DNA of 64,000 nucleotides from Myxococcota bacterium (GCA_044344255.1 JBIJDH010000021.1:1-64000); one strand, 5' to 3'. Positions 29,434 through 39,683 are shown, counted from the first letter of the stretch. A program made the numbers and translations. The notes: generated from the letters alone by a model not told the origin.

Positions 29434-29961
29434 CCGAACACCATCCCTCGGCCCTCCGCAGGCCCAGCCATCATCAGCAGGACTTGAACTCGAAGATGTA
29501 GTCCACCAAGCACATCTCGGTCACCGTGGTGTCGCTGGTGTTGGCCGCCCTCAACTCCGGCTGAAGGCTCCTGCGGGGTGAGACATCTTCGTAACCCGCC
29601 GGCGATCGGATGGACAACGCAGGCCTACCCCGCTGCGGGAGCACCTCGGCGCCCGTTGACCCGGCGGCCCCCGCGTCACCGTCGTCGCAGGGCGACGTGG
29701 ACATCGACGGTCTCGACCACCACCCGCCACGCGGCCTCCGCGCGGAGGGCGAGCGGGTCGTCTGCACGATCGACGAGGAGGTTCAACCCGTCTACGGAGA
29801 TCGGCGAGGGGTGCGCCCCGCCTCGGGGGCGCTCCGCCTCGGGGAGCTCAAGCGGCGGCCACGTTCCGGGGCACCACCGATAGGCGCGCACGGCAGCCCC
29901 GGCCGATCGCCGTGGATGGTTCGAGCACGCTGGCGATGCTGTCCAAGCTGGACCGATCACC

Positions 29962-31600
29962 GCGGTCAGAAGCTGAGCAGCGACCCGGAGAGGAACCAGA
30001 GGCGCCCCACCTGAGTGCTGGTCTCTTCGACATAATCTGCGTCTCCGATCAGGAGATCGTTGACGCCGTCCCCATCCAGATCTCGCAGCCCCGCGTACGC
30101 CCCGGAGCTACCACCCCCCACAGGGTAGTCCGACTGAAAGCCCACGCTGGCGTGGTTGACGTCGTAGGTGCCCCCGCCGGCCAGGTCGCTGCCCCGGATG
30201 AGGTGGACGAAGGGGCGCTCCTTGTATTCCCCCTCCCATCCGGCGCCGTGGAGCAAGAAGTCAGCGCGCTCGTCCCCGTCTACGTCGCCGATATCTGCTG
30301 CGGACTCTCCGACTTGCGCAAAGGGGTAGGTGGCGAAGAACTCAACGTCCCCGTCTACCGCGTCCACGGAGGTGGGGGAGGTCAGCCGGTCTCCGGACCA
30401 GAAGAAGGCGGTCCCCACCTGATCCAGACCGCCGGTATCGAGGACCCAGTTGCTCATGATGAGGTCATCGATGCCGTCACCGGTCGTATCGCCGAGCGGC
30501 GTCGTGACGAGGAAGTCATTCCAGATGTCGGTGATCCCCGGCGGCGGGGTGATGATGACATCGGCGTCCTCGACATAGGTGGGGGCGTCAAAGTTTAGCG
30601 AGTCTCCATAGAAGATCTCGCCACGCGTCCCAAAATCGGTTCCAGTTGAGTACAACACCAGCTCGTTTAGCCCGTCCCCGTCCAGATCGCCCAAGGGGGC
30701 CGGAAAGCCCACACGATAGGCCGAACCAGCTCCCCCAGAGTCCAGGCTGGTGTATACAATGGCGTCACCCGACCCGTCCAACACGAGGGCATCGCCAGTC
30801 AGCAGCTCCTCCGCGGGGAATACGGCCAACGCACTATACAACTTCATGACTACGTCGACCGCGATTTCGCTTGGCTCGGAGAATGCTCCAGTGCCAGCCG
30901 ATAGGGCGGACCCGGAGCTCACGCTCCCGAAGGTCGAATAGACATAGACGTCCCCCGGCTCTTCGATGTCCGCCATGAACTTCCCCTCCAGTGAGGCGAG
31001 GTGACTGCCCCAATACAGGACGGCCGGCTCGCCGATGGTTCGGGGAGACACCATGAGGTCACCCATGCCGTCCCCGTCCAAGTCCCCCATGGAGTAGGGG
31101 AAGAGCGAATACTCATATCCGTACAGCTCGATACGCGCGGCGTCTTCGATCATCACCGCCTCTCCCAGGGCGGGCACACCCGCGCCATCGACGATATAGA
31201 TCGACGTGTGCATCCCGCCGTCTTCAGTAAAGGCTGACGTTACGATCTCCGGGAGCCCATCCCCCCAGATGTCGTCCAAAAAAGCGGCCGACTCTCCGAG
31301 GCTCTTCATGCCCGCCATCTTGAACGTCCAGAAGTCGCCGCCGTCCAGATAGATGATCTCGGAGGGGGGCACTGGAGCGGTGTCGTGGTCACCGGAGTCG
31401 GTGTCCGTCGGTCCCGGAGAGTCCGGGCCCGGTGAATCAGGGGCGCCGGAGTCGGCGGTGGCCGAGTCTATCGGATGAGAGTCAGAGCGGCCGGAGTCAG
31501 CGGGTTCAGTATCAGAGGTGGTAGGGGCCTTCGACGAGGGGGCTCCGTCTGAGCAGGCGAACAGCGAGAGCAGGCTGCTCCACGCGGTGAAGCGCCGCGC
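29962..31600. repeat. 1639-bp direct repeat copy 2
   Basis: Near-identical to 27323-28961. Confidence 0.95.
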
Positions 31601-31657
31601 AAGTGTGAGCGCTCGATCGGCCCCAGCCGACGTGTGCGTCACCGCCGCGTGATTCAC
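29966..31657 (-). CDS. FG-GAP/integrin-alpha-repeat lipoprotein, copy 2 (different N-terminus)
   Basis: Identical protein from ARRFTAW onward; the only start is a GTG overlapping the upstream dehydrogenase stop. Confidence 0.75.
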   Translation of the reverse strand: MNHAAVTHTSAGADRALTLARRFTAWSSLLSLFACSDGAPSSKAPTTSDTEPADSGRSDSHPIDSATADSGAPDSPGPDSPGPTDTDSGDHDTAPVPPSEIIYLDGGDFWTFKMAGMKSLGESAAFLDDIWGDGLPEIVTSAFTEDGGMHTSIYIVDGAGVPALGEAVMIEDAARIELYGYEYSLFPYSMGDLDGDGMGDLMVSPRTIGEPAVLYWGSHLASLEGKFMADIEEPGDVYVYSTFGSVSSGSALSAGTGAFSEPSEIAVDVVMKLYSALAVFPAEELLTGDALVLDGSGDAIVYTSLDSGGAGSAYRVGFPAPLGDLDGDGLNELVLYSTGTDFGTRGEIFYGDSLNFDAPTYVEDADVIITPPPGITDIWNDFLVTTPLGDTTGDGIDDLIMSNWVLDTGGLDQVGTAFFWSGDRLTSPTSVDAVDGDVEFFATYPFAQVGESAADIGDVDGDERADFLLHGAGWEGEYKERPFVHLIRGSDLAGGGTYDVNHASVGFQSDYPVGGGSSGAYAGLRDLDGDGVNDLLIGDADYVEETSTQVGRLWFLSGSLLSF

Positions 31658-32628
31658 AGGCGCGCGATCACGGCCTCTTGGACCTCGCGGCAGCCCGCGC
31701 TCCCGCCAAACTCGACCGTGCGGAGGCCGGCGGCGCAGGCCCCGTCGATGGCGTCGCGCACGCGATCGGCGGTGGGGGCCTCGCCCATGTGGCGGAGCAG
31801 GTGGGTGGCGGCGATGAGCATGGGGATCGGGTTGGCGAGCCCGGTGCCGACGAGGTTCAGCGCCTTGCCGTGCGGGTTCTCGAAGAGGGCGGGGCCATCG
31901 CCCACGCTGTAGCTGGCGCTCGCCGAGATGCCGCCGGCGAGGCCGCTCACGAGGTCGCCCACGATGTCGCCGAAGAGGTTGCCGGTGAGCAGCACGTCGA
32001 AGCTCATCGGCCAGCGCACGAGCTTCATGCAGAGGGCGTCGACGATCACCTCGTCGGTGCTGATGTCGGGGTACTCCGCCCCCACCGCCTGGGCGGTGCG
32101 GAGGAAGAGGCCGTCCGACTTCTTCATGATGTTCGACTTGTGGACGATCGTGACCTTCTTTCGGCCCTCTCGGCGGGCGTACTCGTAGGCGAAGCGCGCG
32201 ATGCGCTCCGAGGCCGCGCGGGTGGTGACCTTGACCGCCTCGAAGACGCCGTCGGTGACCTCGTGCTCGAAGCCCGAGTAGATGTCCTCGCTCGTCTCGC
32301 GGATGACGACGATGTCGAGGTCGGGGAAGCGGGCGGGCAGGCCCCGGACGGGGCGCACGGGGCGCACGGTGGCCCAGGTGCCGAGCTCCTTTCGGAGCTG
32401 CACGGTGGGCGGGAGGCGGCCCTTGGCGCGGGTGGCGTCGAGCTTGGCCTTGAGCACGAGGCCGGTGCGGCGGGCGCTCGCCAGGAGCTCGGCCGAGAGG
32501 TTCGGGCCGGGGCAGTCCTGAACGTCCCAGTCGATCTCGATGCCCGTCTCACCGAGCACGGCCTCGACGACGTCGGTGGTCTCGGGGCCGATCCAATCGC
32601 CGCGGATCAAGGTGACAGCGCGTCCCAT
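31654..32628 (-). CDS. Isocitrate/isopropylmalate dehydrogenase family, divergent paralogue
   Basis: GDWIGPE, RETSEDIY, VHKSNIMK, VDA, NLFGDIVGD, ANP; SxN and HGTAPD motifs degenerate. Confidence 0.9.
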   Translation of the reverse strand: MGRAVTLIRGDWIGPETTDVVEAVLGETGIEIDWDVQDCPGPNLSAELLASARRTGLVLKAKLDATRAKGRLPPTVQLRKELGTWATVRPVRPVRGLPARFPDLDIVVIRETSEDIYSGFEHEVTDGVFEAVKVTTRAASERIARFAYEYARREGRKKVTIVHKSNIMKKSDGLFLRTAQAVGAEYPDISTDEVIVDALCMKLVRWPMSFDVLLTGNLFGDIVGDLVSGLAGGISASASYSVGDGPALFENPHGKALNLVGTGLANPIPMLIAATHLLRHMGEAPTADRVRDAIDGACAAGLRTVEFGGSAGCREVQEAVIARL

Positions 32629-32696
32629 CGGGGCTCCTGGGCTCTGGCGGAGCGGCTCTGGTGAGGAGAGCCGTCCGTCGGTCAAAGATTGTCCGG

Positions 32697-33695
32697 TCAA
32701 AGCTTGTCGATGATGGCTTCGGTGAACTCGGCCGTGCCGGCCTTCCCGCCGAGGTCGCCGGTCAGGTGGCGGCCCTCTTCGAGCACGTCCCAGACCGCGC
32801 GGTCGATGCGCGCCTTCACCTTGTGCTCGCCCACATACTCGAGCATCAGCAGGGCGCTCATCAGCACGGCGAGCGGGTTCGAGATGCCCTTGCCGGCGAT
32901 GTCGGGGGCCGTGCCGTGCACCGCCTCGAAGACCGCCACCTGGTCGCCGATGTTGGCGCCGGGCACCACCCCGAGGCCGCCGACGAGGCCGGCGGCGAGG
33001 TCAGAGAGGATGTCGCCGTAGAGGTTCTGCAGCAGCAGCACGTCGAAGCGTGTCGGATCCTGCGCGAGCTCGAAGGCGAGGTTGTCGACGGGGAGGTCGA
33101 GCGACTCGATGTAGGGGTACTCGGCGGCGACGGCGCGGTAGGCGTCGAGGAAGGCGCCGTCGGCGAGCGGCATCACCGGCGCCTTGTGGCAGCAGTGGAT
33201 CCGCCGGCGGCCGGTGTAGCGCATGTTCTCGAAGGACCAGCGGGAGATGCGCTCGCCGGCCCGCCGGGTGGACACCTTCAGGTTCATCACCACGCCGGGG
33301 CTGATCTCGTGCTCGATGCCGGCGTAGAGGTCTTCCGTGTTCTCGCGCAGCACGACGAGGTTGACGTCGCGGTAGGGCGACTTGACCCCCGGCAGGGAGC
33401 GCACCGGGCGGTAGCCGACGTAGAGGTCTAGCTCCTGGCGGAGCGCCACGTTCGCCGAGCGGAAGCCCTTGCCCACCGGCGTCATCAGCGGGCCCTTGAG
33501 GCCGAGCCGGTTCTTCTTGATGGCGTCGAGCGTGACCTGGGGCATCGGCACGCCGTACTGCTCCATCGCGACGCCGCCCGCGGGGGCGGGCTCCCAGTCG
33601 ATGGGAGCGCCAGCCGCCGAGAGGATGCGGGTGGTGGCGCCCGTGACCTCGGGGCCGATGCCGTCTCCCTGGATGAGGGTGACCCGGTAGCGCAT
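32697..33695 (-). CDS. icd: NAD-type isocitrate dehydrogenase
   Basis: [50 protein letters not shown]. Confidence 0.85.
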   Translation of the reverse strand: MRYRVTLIQGDGIGPEVTGATTRILSAAGAPIDWEPAPAGGVAMEQYGVPMPQVTLDAIKKNRLGLKGPLMTPVGKGFRSANVALRQELDLYVGYRPVRSLPGVKSPYRDVNLVVLRENTEDLYAGIEHEISPGVVMNLKVSTRRAGERISRWSFENMRYTGRRRIHCCHKAPVMPLADGAFLDAYRAVAAEYPYIESLDLPVDNLAFELAQDPTRFDVLLLQNLYGDILSDLAAGLVGGLGVVPGANIGDQVAVFEAVHGTAPDIAGKGISNPLAVLMSALLMLEYVGEHKVKARIDRAVWDVLEEGRHLTGDLGGKAGTAEFTEAIIDKL

Positions 33696-33722
33696 GAGCT
33701 CTCCCTGAGAGGGGAGGGCCTG

Positions 33723-34490
33723 CTATCCGCCGGTCGCGGCGGGGGCCACGATCTCGACCGCGCCGACCTCGAGCGCGCAAGGGAGCGGGCCGTGGTGGAG
33801 GAGGATGGCGCGGTCGGCGGCCTTGCGCATCCGCTCGCGCGACTCGCCCTCGCCGGTGACGATGCGGAGGTCGTCGTTGTCCATCGCCGCGCCGTTGGGG
33901 CGGCGGGCGAGCTCCTCGCCGTCCAGCGTGAAGACCACCTCGCCCTCTGGGTTGTTGGTGATCGCCTCGCGGATGACCGCGGCCTCGGTGGGCTTCCACT
34001 TCACCCAGTCGTAGGGCATCCCGCTCTCGTCGAGGCGGATCGCGACGTCCTCGAGGCCGGAGGAGCCGCCGATCAGCTCACCCCCGAGGCGCAGCTCGAG
34101 CTTGCCCGGGCGGGCGAGGATGGCGGGGATGGCGGTCTTGTCATCGGGGAGGCCGGGCATGGTGGCCTCTACCACCAGCGCGCCCGCCTGCCGCTCGAGC
34201 CGCACATCGGCGAGGCCGATCTCCTCGATGCGGCCGCGCACCAGGGGCTCGGCGTCGGTGACGCAGGCCCCCGACAGCGTGAAGCGGAGGCGCTCCCCCT
34301 TCGCCTCGCCGCCCAGCCGGCCGAGCACGGCCACCCCGCCCGCCGCGATCATCAGGATCAAGGCGAAGAGGATGGGCGCGGACATGAAGACCAGCACGGC
34401 GCGGGGCCGTGGCGGCGGGGTGAAGGGGCCGTCCGGGGCGGCCGGGGGCGGGCCTTCCGCGGGGGAGGAGTCGCGAGGGGCGGCGGTCAT
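33723..34490 (-). CDS. Membrane-anchored SecD/SecDF periplasmic-domain-like protein
   Basis: Single TM, then VRGRIEEIGL...MPG...PGKLEL and C-terminal A..L..GPLP resembling SecD P1; no downstream TM domain. Confidence 0.6.
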   Translation of the reverse strand: MTAAPRDSSPAEGPPPAAPDGPFTPPPRPRAVLVFMSAPILFALILMIAAGGVAVLGRLGGEAKGERLRFTLSGACVTDAEPLVRGRIEEIGLADVRLERQAGALVVEATMPGLPDDKTAIPAILARPGKLELRLGGELIGGSSGLEDVAIRLDESGMPYDWVKWKPTEAAVIREAITNNPEGEVVFTLDGEELARRPNGAAMDNDDLRIVTGEGESRERMRKAADRAILLHHGPLPCALEVGAVEIVAPAATGG

Positions 34491-34549
34491 CCGCTGTCCG
34501 AGGGGGGAGGGGGCCCTGTGCTAACTTGTTTGCCTGACCGGGAGAGAGG

Positions 34550-35014
34550 ATGGGCACGAGCGTCCCAGAGCGAAAAGTCTATATCAAGGCGGAAGGTCCG
34601 CCGATTGAGTTCATTGTGCGGATCGGAGATGGGCTGCAGGCCGACTGGACGGCCCACCTCCGCTCGGAGGACAAGCTGGTCGCCACCTGGAAGGGCTCGA
34701 CGGGGGCCGCGGCAGGAGAGCAGGGCTTCACCGTCCCCGCGGCCGATCTCCGGGGGAAGGACCCCGCGATCCGCCTGCTCATCGTGCTCTTCGGCCCCGC
34801 CGAGGACGTGCCCTTTCACGTCTTCATCGAGGCTCACCAGGGGGGAGAGAACGCCTTCGAGCCCCCCTTTCGCCTCTCCGGGCGGGCCGCGGCCCGACAG
34901 GTGACGACCCAGGAGGTCAAGATCTCCTTTCGTCGGAGGTCCGAGCGGGTGGACGCGGAAGACAAAGCGGAAGACAAATCGGAAGATAAGGGGAACGGGG
35001 AGCGTGACCGATGA
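34550..35014 (+). CDS. Hypothetical protein
   Basis: GGAGAGAGG RBS, coding-like composition, adjacent to the next gene. Confidence 0.65.
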   Translation: MGTSVPERKVYIKAEGPPIEFIVRIGDGLQADWTAHLRSEDKLVATWKGSTGAAAGEQGFTVPAADLRGKDPAIRLLIVLFGPAEDVPFHVFIEAHQGGENAFEPPFRLSGRAAARQVTTQEVKISFRRRSERVDAEDKAEDKSEDKGNGERDR

Positions 35015-36012
35015 GCGCCCCCTGGCTCCTGTCTTTTTTGCGCTGCCTGTCCGCTGCCTCGGCCGATGAGGGGCTCGCCGGCTCCGGCTACACCCTCGTC
35101 GATCCGCCGGCCATCACCGCCCTCGACCGCGCGGGGGTCCGCTTCGACGAGCCCTCGAGCCCCACCGACTTCTCGGTGACGGCCGGCAATTTTGTCGCCG
35201 AGGACGGCACGCTCAAGGCGGGTGGCGCGGCAGAGCTCGGCGCCCGCGCGCTGGGCCTGCTGCGCAAGGTCTCGGCCACCGACTACGCGAAGCGGCCGGG
35301 GATCCGCACCCTCGGCCACAGCTACCTCTCGCTCGCCACCGCCGCCGAGGACAATGGCGACCTCCGGAGCGCCGTCGGGCTGCGGGTGGTGCTCTTCGAC
35401 GGCGCCGACCCGCTGCTCGCCCCGGCCTACAAGGCGGCCGCCGACGCCGCCCGGAAGAAGTGCGAGCCCCTCCGCGAGGGGGCCGCCGCCGACGCCCTGA
35501 CCAAGTACGCCGACTGTATCAAGGCGGCTTACGCGACCGAGGCCCTCGGGCTCGGGAAGAGCGACTGGAACGCGCCCGGGCTCGTGCTCTCCACCGCCTG
35601 GACGAGCCGCTTCCCCGACGGCGAGCTCTCCGGCTTCGGCTCCGAGGCGGCCTCGGCCTGGCTCTCGGCGGCCGGGCCAGTGGGCCCGGCGGTGCAGGCG
35701 GGCGGGGCGGTCGCCTGGAGCCAGGGCCTCGCCGACGACGCCCCCAACGAGCTCGGCCTCGCCGCGATGACCCGCTTCGGCGTGAAGCGCACGCGCTTCC
35801 GCGTCGAGTCCGGCCCCATCTTCACGGTGAGCGAGCCCGGCGGGTGGCGGCTCCCGGTGCTGGTGGGCAGCGAGCTCGGCTTCGGGGAGGAGGTGTGGGT
35901 GAGCGCGCAGTTCGGCCTCGTGCTCAACCCGGGCGAGGACCGCGTGAGCCTCGTGAGCAACGCCGCCTTCAAGTGGGGGCAGGCGTCGAAGCCGAGCTTC
36001 AAGCCGGAGTGA
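35011..36012 (+). CDS. Hypothetical secreted protein, possibly outer-membrane
   Basis: Signal-like N-terminus, C-terminal amphipathic beta-strands, strong GC3 bias. Confidence 0.75.
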   Translation: MSAPWLLSFLRCLSAASADEGLAGSGYTLVDPPAITALDRAGVRFDEPSSPTDFSVTAGNFVAEDGTLKAGGAAELGARALGLLRKVSATDYAKRPGIRTLGHSYLSLATAAEDNGDLRSAVGLRVVLFDGADPLLAPAYKAAADAARKKCEPLREGAAADALTKYADCIKAAYATEALGLGKSDWNAPGLVLSTAWTSRFPDGELSGFGSEAASAWLSAAGPVGPAVQAGGAVAWSQGLADDAPNELGLAAMTRFGVKRTRFRVESGPIFTVSEPGGWRLPVLVGSELGFGEEVWVSAQFGLVLNPGEDRVSLVSNAAFKWGQASKPSFKPE

Positions 36013-36214
36013 GCGCGGAGGCTGCGCGGCAGGGTCGGTGCGGGCGGGGCTCGATTGTCCTGCCCGCGGCAACGGGAGTATGGTCTGGGGCAACGGGCCA
36101 GAGCCTTCCGTGCACGGCAGGGTGGGATACATCGTACGAGTCTGTCGGGCGACGGTCCACCGGAGGCCTGTCGCGCTCGGCCGTTTGTCACACACCCACT
36201 CCTCTGGAGCTCCC

Positions 36215-36787
36215 ATGAACGCTGGCTCTCTCCTCCGCGCGCTCGGCGCTGTCGGCCTCCTCGGCCTGTCCTCTGTCGCCCTCGCTGACAACTACGAGAT
36301 TGACGCCGCCCACTCGACGGCCATCTTCGCCGCCAAGCACTTCAACGTCTCTTGGACCTACGGGCGCTTCAATGACATCAGCGGCAAAGTGGTCTGGGAC
36401 GCCGATCCCGCCAAGAGCAGCGTCGACATCACCGTGAAGACCGACAGCCTCGACACCAACGTCGACAAGCGCGACCAGCACTTGAAGAGCCCCGACTTCT
36501 TCAACAGCGCCCAGTTCCCGACGATGACCTTCAAGAGCAAGTCGATCACCAAGAAGAGCGGCACCACCTATGCGGTGACCGGTGACCTCACGATCCACGG
36601 CGTCACCAAGTCGGTCACCACCGACTTCGAGTACGTGGGCACCGGCCCCGACGCCTGGGGCGGCACCCGCTCGGGCTACACCACCGCCCTCACCGTCAAG
36701 CGCGCCGATTACGGCATGAGCAACATGCCGGACGCCGTCGGCCCCGACGTGAAGCTCATCATCTCGCTCGAAGGCGTGAAGAAGTAG
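36215..36787 (+). CDS. yceI: YceI-family protein
   Basis: Signal peptide; YEIDAAHS, GRF, RDQHLKSPDFF, GDLTIHGVTK, RADYGM. Confidence 0.95.
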   Translation: MNAGSLLRALGAVGLLGLSSVALADNYEIDAAHSTAIFAAKHFNVSWTYGRFNDISGKVVWDADPAKSSVDITVKTDSLDTNVDKRDQHLKSPDFFNSAQFPTMTFKSKSITKKSGTTYAVTGDLTIHGVTKSVTTDFEYVGTGPDAWGGTRSGYTTALTVKRADYGMSNMPDAVGPDVKLIISLEGVKK

Positions 36788-36812
36788 CCCCCCCACCCCG
36801 GAGCGAGCGCCG

Positions 36813-37667
36813 ATGGATCCTGTCACCGTCTTCGTGAAGTGCCTCTTGATCCCCGGCCTCGTCGCTGGACTCTTCGCGGTGGGCTCCGTCAAGGGGCCCG
36901 CCGCGCTCCGGCCGCTGTTCGCGGCCCTCGGGGTGGCGGTGTCCTGGATGGTCGCGCAGACCGCCCTCGCCGGCCGGATGTTGTGGCCGCCCGTCGAGGG
37001 GCCCCACTTCATCCTCTGGGCCTCGATCCTCTTCGCCTTCGGCGGCGCCGCCGAAGGGATTCGCCTGCAGCCGCGGGCGATGTCCGCCTTCCGGCGGCTC
37101 CCCCTGTTCGCGGGGCTGCTCTATCTGATGGGGCGGCCGCTGATTGACAATTCCTGGTCGAGCGGACAGACCACCGGCTACCTCGTCGGCGGCTCCCTCG
37201 CCCTCCTCGCAGGCGGGATGGGCAGCGCCGAGGCGGCCCGCCGGGGCCCGCCCGCGGCCGCGGTGGGCGCCCTGGCCCTGTCGGCGGGGGTCGGCGCGGC
37301 GGCGCTCGGGGCCACGGGCTCGGTCATCTATGGCCAGCTCGGCGGCATGGTCGCCACCGCGCTCGGGCTCTTCGGCCTGCTCGCCCTCCGCGTGCCCGAC
37401 CCAGGCGTGGCGCGGGCGGTGGTGGGCGCGGGCTACCCCATCTTCGCCGGGATGCTGGTCTCCGGCGTGCTCTTCAGCGAGCTGCCCCTCGCGGCGGCGC
37501 TCCCGATTGGCATGGCACCGCTCTGCGGGCTGCTGGAGCGGCCGGAGCGGGGAGGCCTGCCCTATCGGGCCCTCGGCGGCGCGCTCGTGCTCGCCGCGAT
37601 CGGCCTCATCATCGGGGTGGTCATCTCGGGCAGCGGGGCCGCAGACGACGGCTACGGAGCCTACTGA
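36813..37667 (+). CDS. Polytopic membrane protein
   Basis: Many hydrophobic helices; co-oriented behind yceI. Confidence 0.8.
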   Translation: MDPVTVFVKCLLIPGLVAGLFAVGSVKGPAALRPLFAALGVAVSWMVAQTALAGRMLWPPVEGPHFILWASILFAFGGAAEGIRLQPRAMSAFRRLPLFAGLLYLMGRPLIDNSWSSGQTTGYLVGGSLALLAGGMGSAEAARRGPPAAAVGALALSAGVGAAALGATGSVIYGQLGGMVATALGLFGLLALRVPDPGVARAVVGAGYPIFAGMLVSGVLFSELPLAAALPIGMAPLCGLLERPERGGLPYRALGGALVLAAIGLIIGVVISGSGAADDGYGAY

Positions 37668-37688
37668 GCCTGTCCGCGCGGCCGGCCC

Positions 37689-38219
37689 TCAGCCCCGCTG
37701 GGCGAGGTGCCCCTCGATGCGCCGGAGGCTGTCCCGGATCTCGCGCATCAGCACGAGGTCTTCGGACTCCGCCGTGCGCGGGCCACCGTGGAGCGCGTCG
37801 CGGCGGTTGATGACCGCGGCCCGGAAGCCCTCGGCGTCCTTCACGCCGGTGAGCACGGCGCTCGAGCCGGCCTGCCCGCCGCCTGCGGTGTCGATCTGCA
37901 GGGTGGCGAGGCCGAAGGCGTTGAGGATGGGGCCGGTGTGGAGCGAGACGTCCTGGATCTTGTCGAGCGGGATGCTCATCTCCTTTCGGAACCAGATCCC
38001 GTGCCGATAGACGACGCTCCGCTCGGTGAGGCGAGCCTCGATGGATTGGAAGTAGAGGTTCGCCCAGAAGGGGCCGAGGATCAGCCAGGGGGGGAGCAGC
38101 ACGAGGCCCACCATCGTGACGCCGCAGGCGATCGCGATCTGGAGCCACAGATAGACCTTCACCTTCGGGTCAAAGACAGCGAGGATGTCTCCCTCGCGGG
38201 CGCTGAGCTCAGTCGTCAT
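37689..38219 (-). CDS. Bacterial PH-domain (YdbS-like) membrane protein
   Basis: GIWFRKEMSIPLDKIQDV, GPILNAFGLATLQIDTAGG. Confidence 0.9.
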   Translation of the reverse strand: MTTELSAREGDILAVFDPKVKVYLWLQIAIACGVTMVGLVLLPPWLILGPFWANLYFQSIEARLTERSVVYRHGIWFRKEMSIPLDKIQDVSLHTGPILNAFGLATLQIDTAGGGQAGSSAVLTGVKDAEGFRAAVINRRDALHGGPRTAESEDLVLMREIRDSLRRIEGHLAQRG

Positions 38220-38236
38220 GGGGCTCCCAGGGGTGG

Positions 38237-39556
38237 TCACTCGGGAGACGGGCAGTGCCCGCCCTCGGCGAGCCAGGCGTCTACCACGGCCGCCCGCTCC
38301 CCGAAGAAGCTCTGCAGCGAGGTCACGGCGGTGGTGTGGGCGCCGGTCGGATAGGGTTTGCGCGTGTCTTCGGCGACGGAGGCGGCGATCTGGGCGTCCC
38401 AGTGCGCGACCTGGGCGGACATCTCCTCGGGGGAGTAGGCGGCGCGGGCCAGCGTCAGCTCCTCGACGAAGCGGGCGCACCAGGCGGGGTCGGCCAGCAC
38501 GAGGAGAAAGAGGGCCTCTTTCCTCCAGCCATAATGCTCATAGGTGATGGGGTCGGAGTGGACCGCGTTCGGCCAGACGAGGCTGCCGTCCGAGTAGGCG
38601 CCGTCGCCGAAGCTGAGGTCAAGGTCATAGGGGAGATAGACAAAGCCTCGGCTCGGGTGGTCATAGAGATAGTAGTTGATCTCCACCCCCGCCCAGTAGT
38701 TGTCCATCGCGGGGAGCATCGCCTCCGCCGCCCACTCGGCCACGGCCTGGTCGAGGTCCATCAGCAGCTCGAGCTCCTCCACGGTGGTGGCCGCCTGCAG
38801 GGCGAGGAGGTTGCTCGTGTCGCCGATGTCCTCATTCGTCTTGAGCTCGGTGCCGCCCTGATAGAGGTTGCCCTCCGACTCCTCGAAGTGGCGCTCGAGG
38901 TACTCGTGGTCGATTCGCTCGATGTTGGCGTAGATCCCGTAGTAGTCGCCGTTCACGGTGAGGCGCGCGTTGTTGACGCAGGAGTAGGGCAGGCCGAGCC
39001 GCTCGAAGAGGGGGAAGGCGATGCGCTCGTGCATCAGGGTGCGGTCATACCAGGGGGCGTCGAGCATCAGCTTACGCTGGCCGTGGAAGCGACCCTCCGG
39101 GTCCTCCTCGTTGAAGGAGATGATGAACTGGAGCTTCTCACAGCTCCACGACCAGTTGCCCTTCAGCCGCGCCATCGCGGCGACGGTCTCGCCGTCGTAG
39201 CTGAAGTCGACCGGGAAGTACTCCTGGCTGCCGGCCGAGCAGGCCGCGCGGAGCCCAGACCAGGCCTCATCGGTGAAGGTGAGGTCAAAGCTCGGCAGGA
39301 GGTCGGGGTCGTAGAGGTCAGCGCAGGCCTTGGGCCAGGTGTCCTCGTCGGGGGCGGCGCCGGTGTCGGCGGCGCCGAGGTGCTCGACGGTGTCGGCGTC
39401 GGCGTCAGCGTCGGTGTCTGCGTCGCTGTCGGTGTCCGCGTCGGCCTCATCGCCGGTGGGTGCGGCTCCGCTGTCCCGCGCGGGCCCTGGCTCACCTGCG
39501 AGGCTGCCCACGCGGCCCGTTTGGCAGGACAGCAGGATCGAGAGGAGGGCGATCAT
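38237..39556 (-). CDS. CotH-kinase-family lipoprotein
   Basis: MIALLSILLSC lipobox, DADTD linker, RLKGNWS, NGDYYGIYANIERID, DNY...NYYLY, PYDLDLSFG. Confidence 0.88.
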   Translation of the reverse strand: MIALLSILLSCQTGRVGSLAGEPGPARDSGAAPTGDEADADTDSDADTDADADADTVEHLGAADTGAAPDEDTWPKACADLYDPDLLPSFDLTFTDEAWSGLRAACSAGSQEYFPVDFSYDGETVAAMARLKGNWSWSCEKLQFIISFNEEDPEGRFHGQRKLMLDAPWYDRTLMHERIAFPLFERLGLPYSCVNNARLTVNGDYYGIYANIERIDHEYLERHFEESEGNLYQGGTELKTNEDIGDTSNLLALQAATTVEELELLMDLDQAVAEWAAEAMLPAMDNYWAGVEINYYLYDHPSRGFVYLPYDLDLSFGDGAYSDGSLVWPNAVHSDPITYEHYGWRKEALFLLVLADPAWCARFVEELTLARAAYSPEEMSAQVAHWDAQIAASVAEDTRKPYPTGAHTTAVTSLQSFFGERAAVVDAWLAEGGHCPSPE

Positions 39557-39647
39557 TCGAGGTCCGGGGGCGGCGGGGCGCGTGACGCGGTCGGCCGAGG
39601 CCGTGAGGACGGTACACCCGGCCGCGACCCGGCCGCAACCGTGGTGC
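39423..39647. repeat. CotH upstream region and signal peptide; diverged copy at 41485-41709
   Basis: Aligned by eye, offset 2062 bp. Confidence 0.9.
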
Positions 39648-39683
39648 TTGAGCCGGGCGGCTGCGCGCTCCTCGTGAGCTGGG

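Noticed and set aside
29474..29960. Short ORFs between the FG-GAP copies
   Set aside because: Fragmentary, with no credible starts or family signatures.
27190..31650. Integron cassette array
   Set aside because: No attC-like RYYYAAC/GTTRRRY palindromes and no intI seen.
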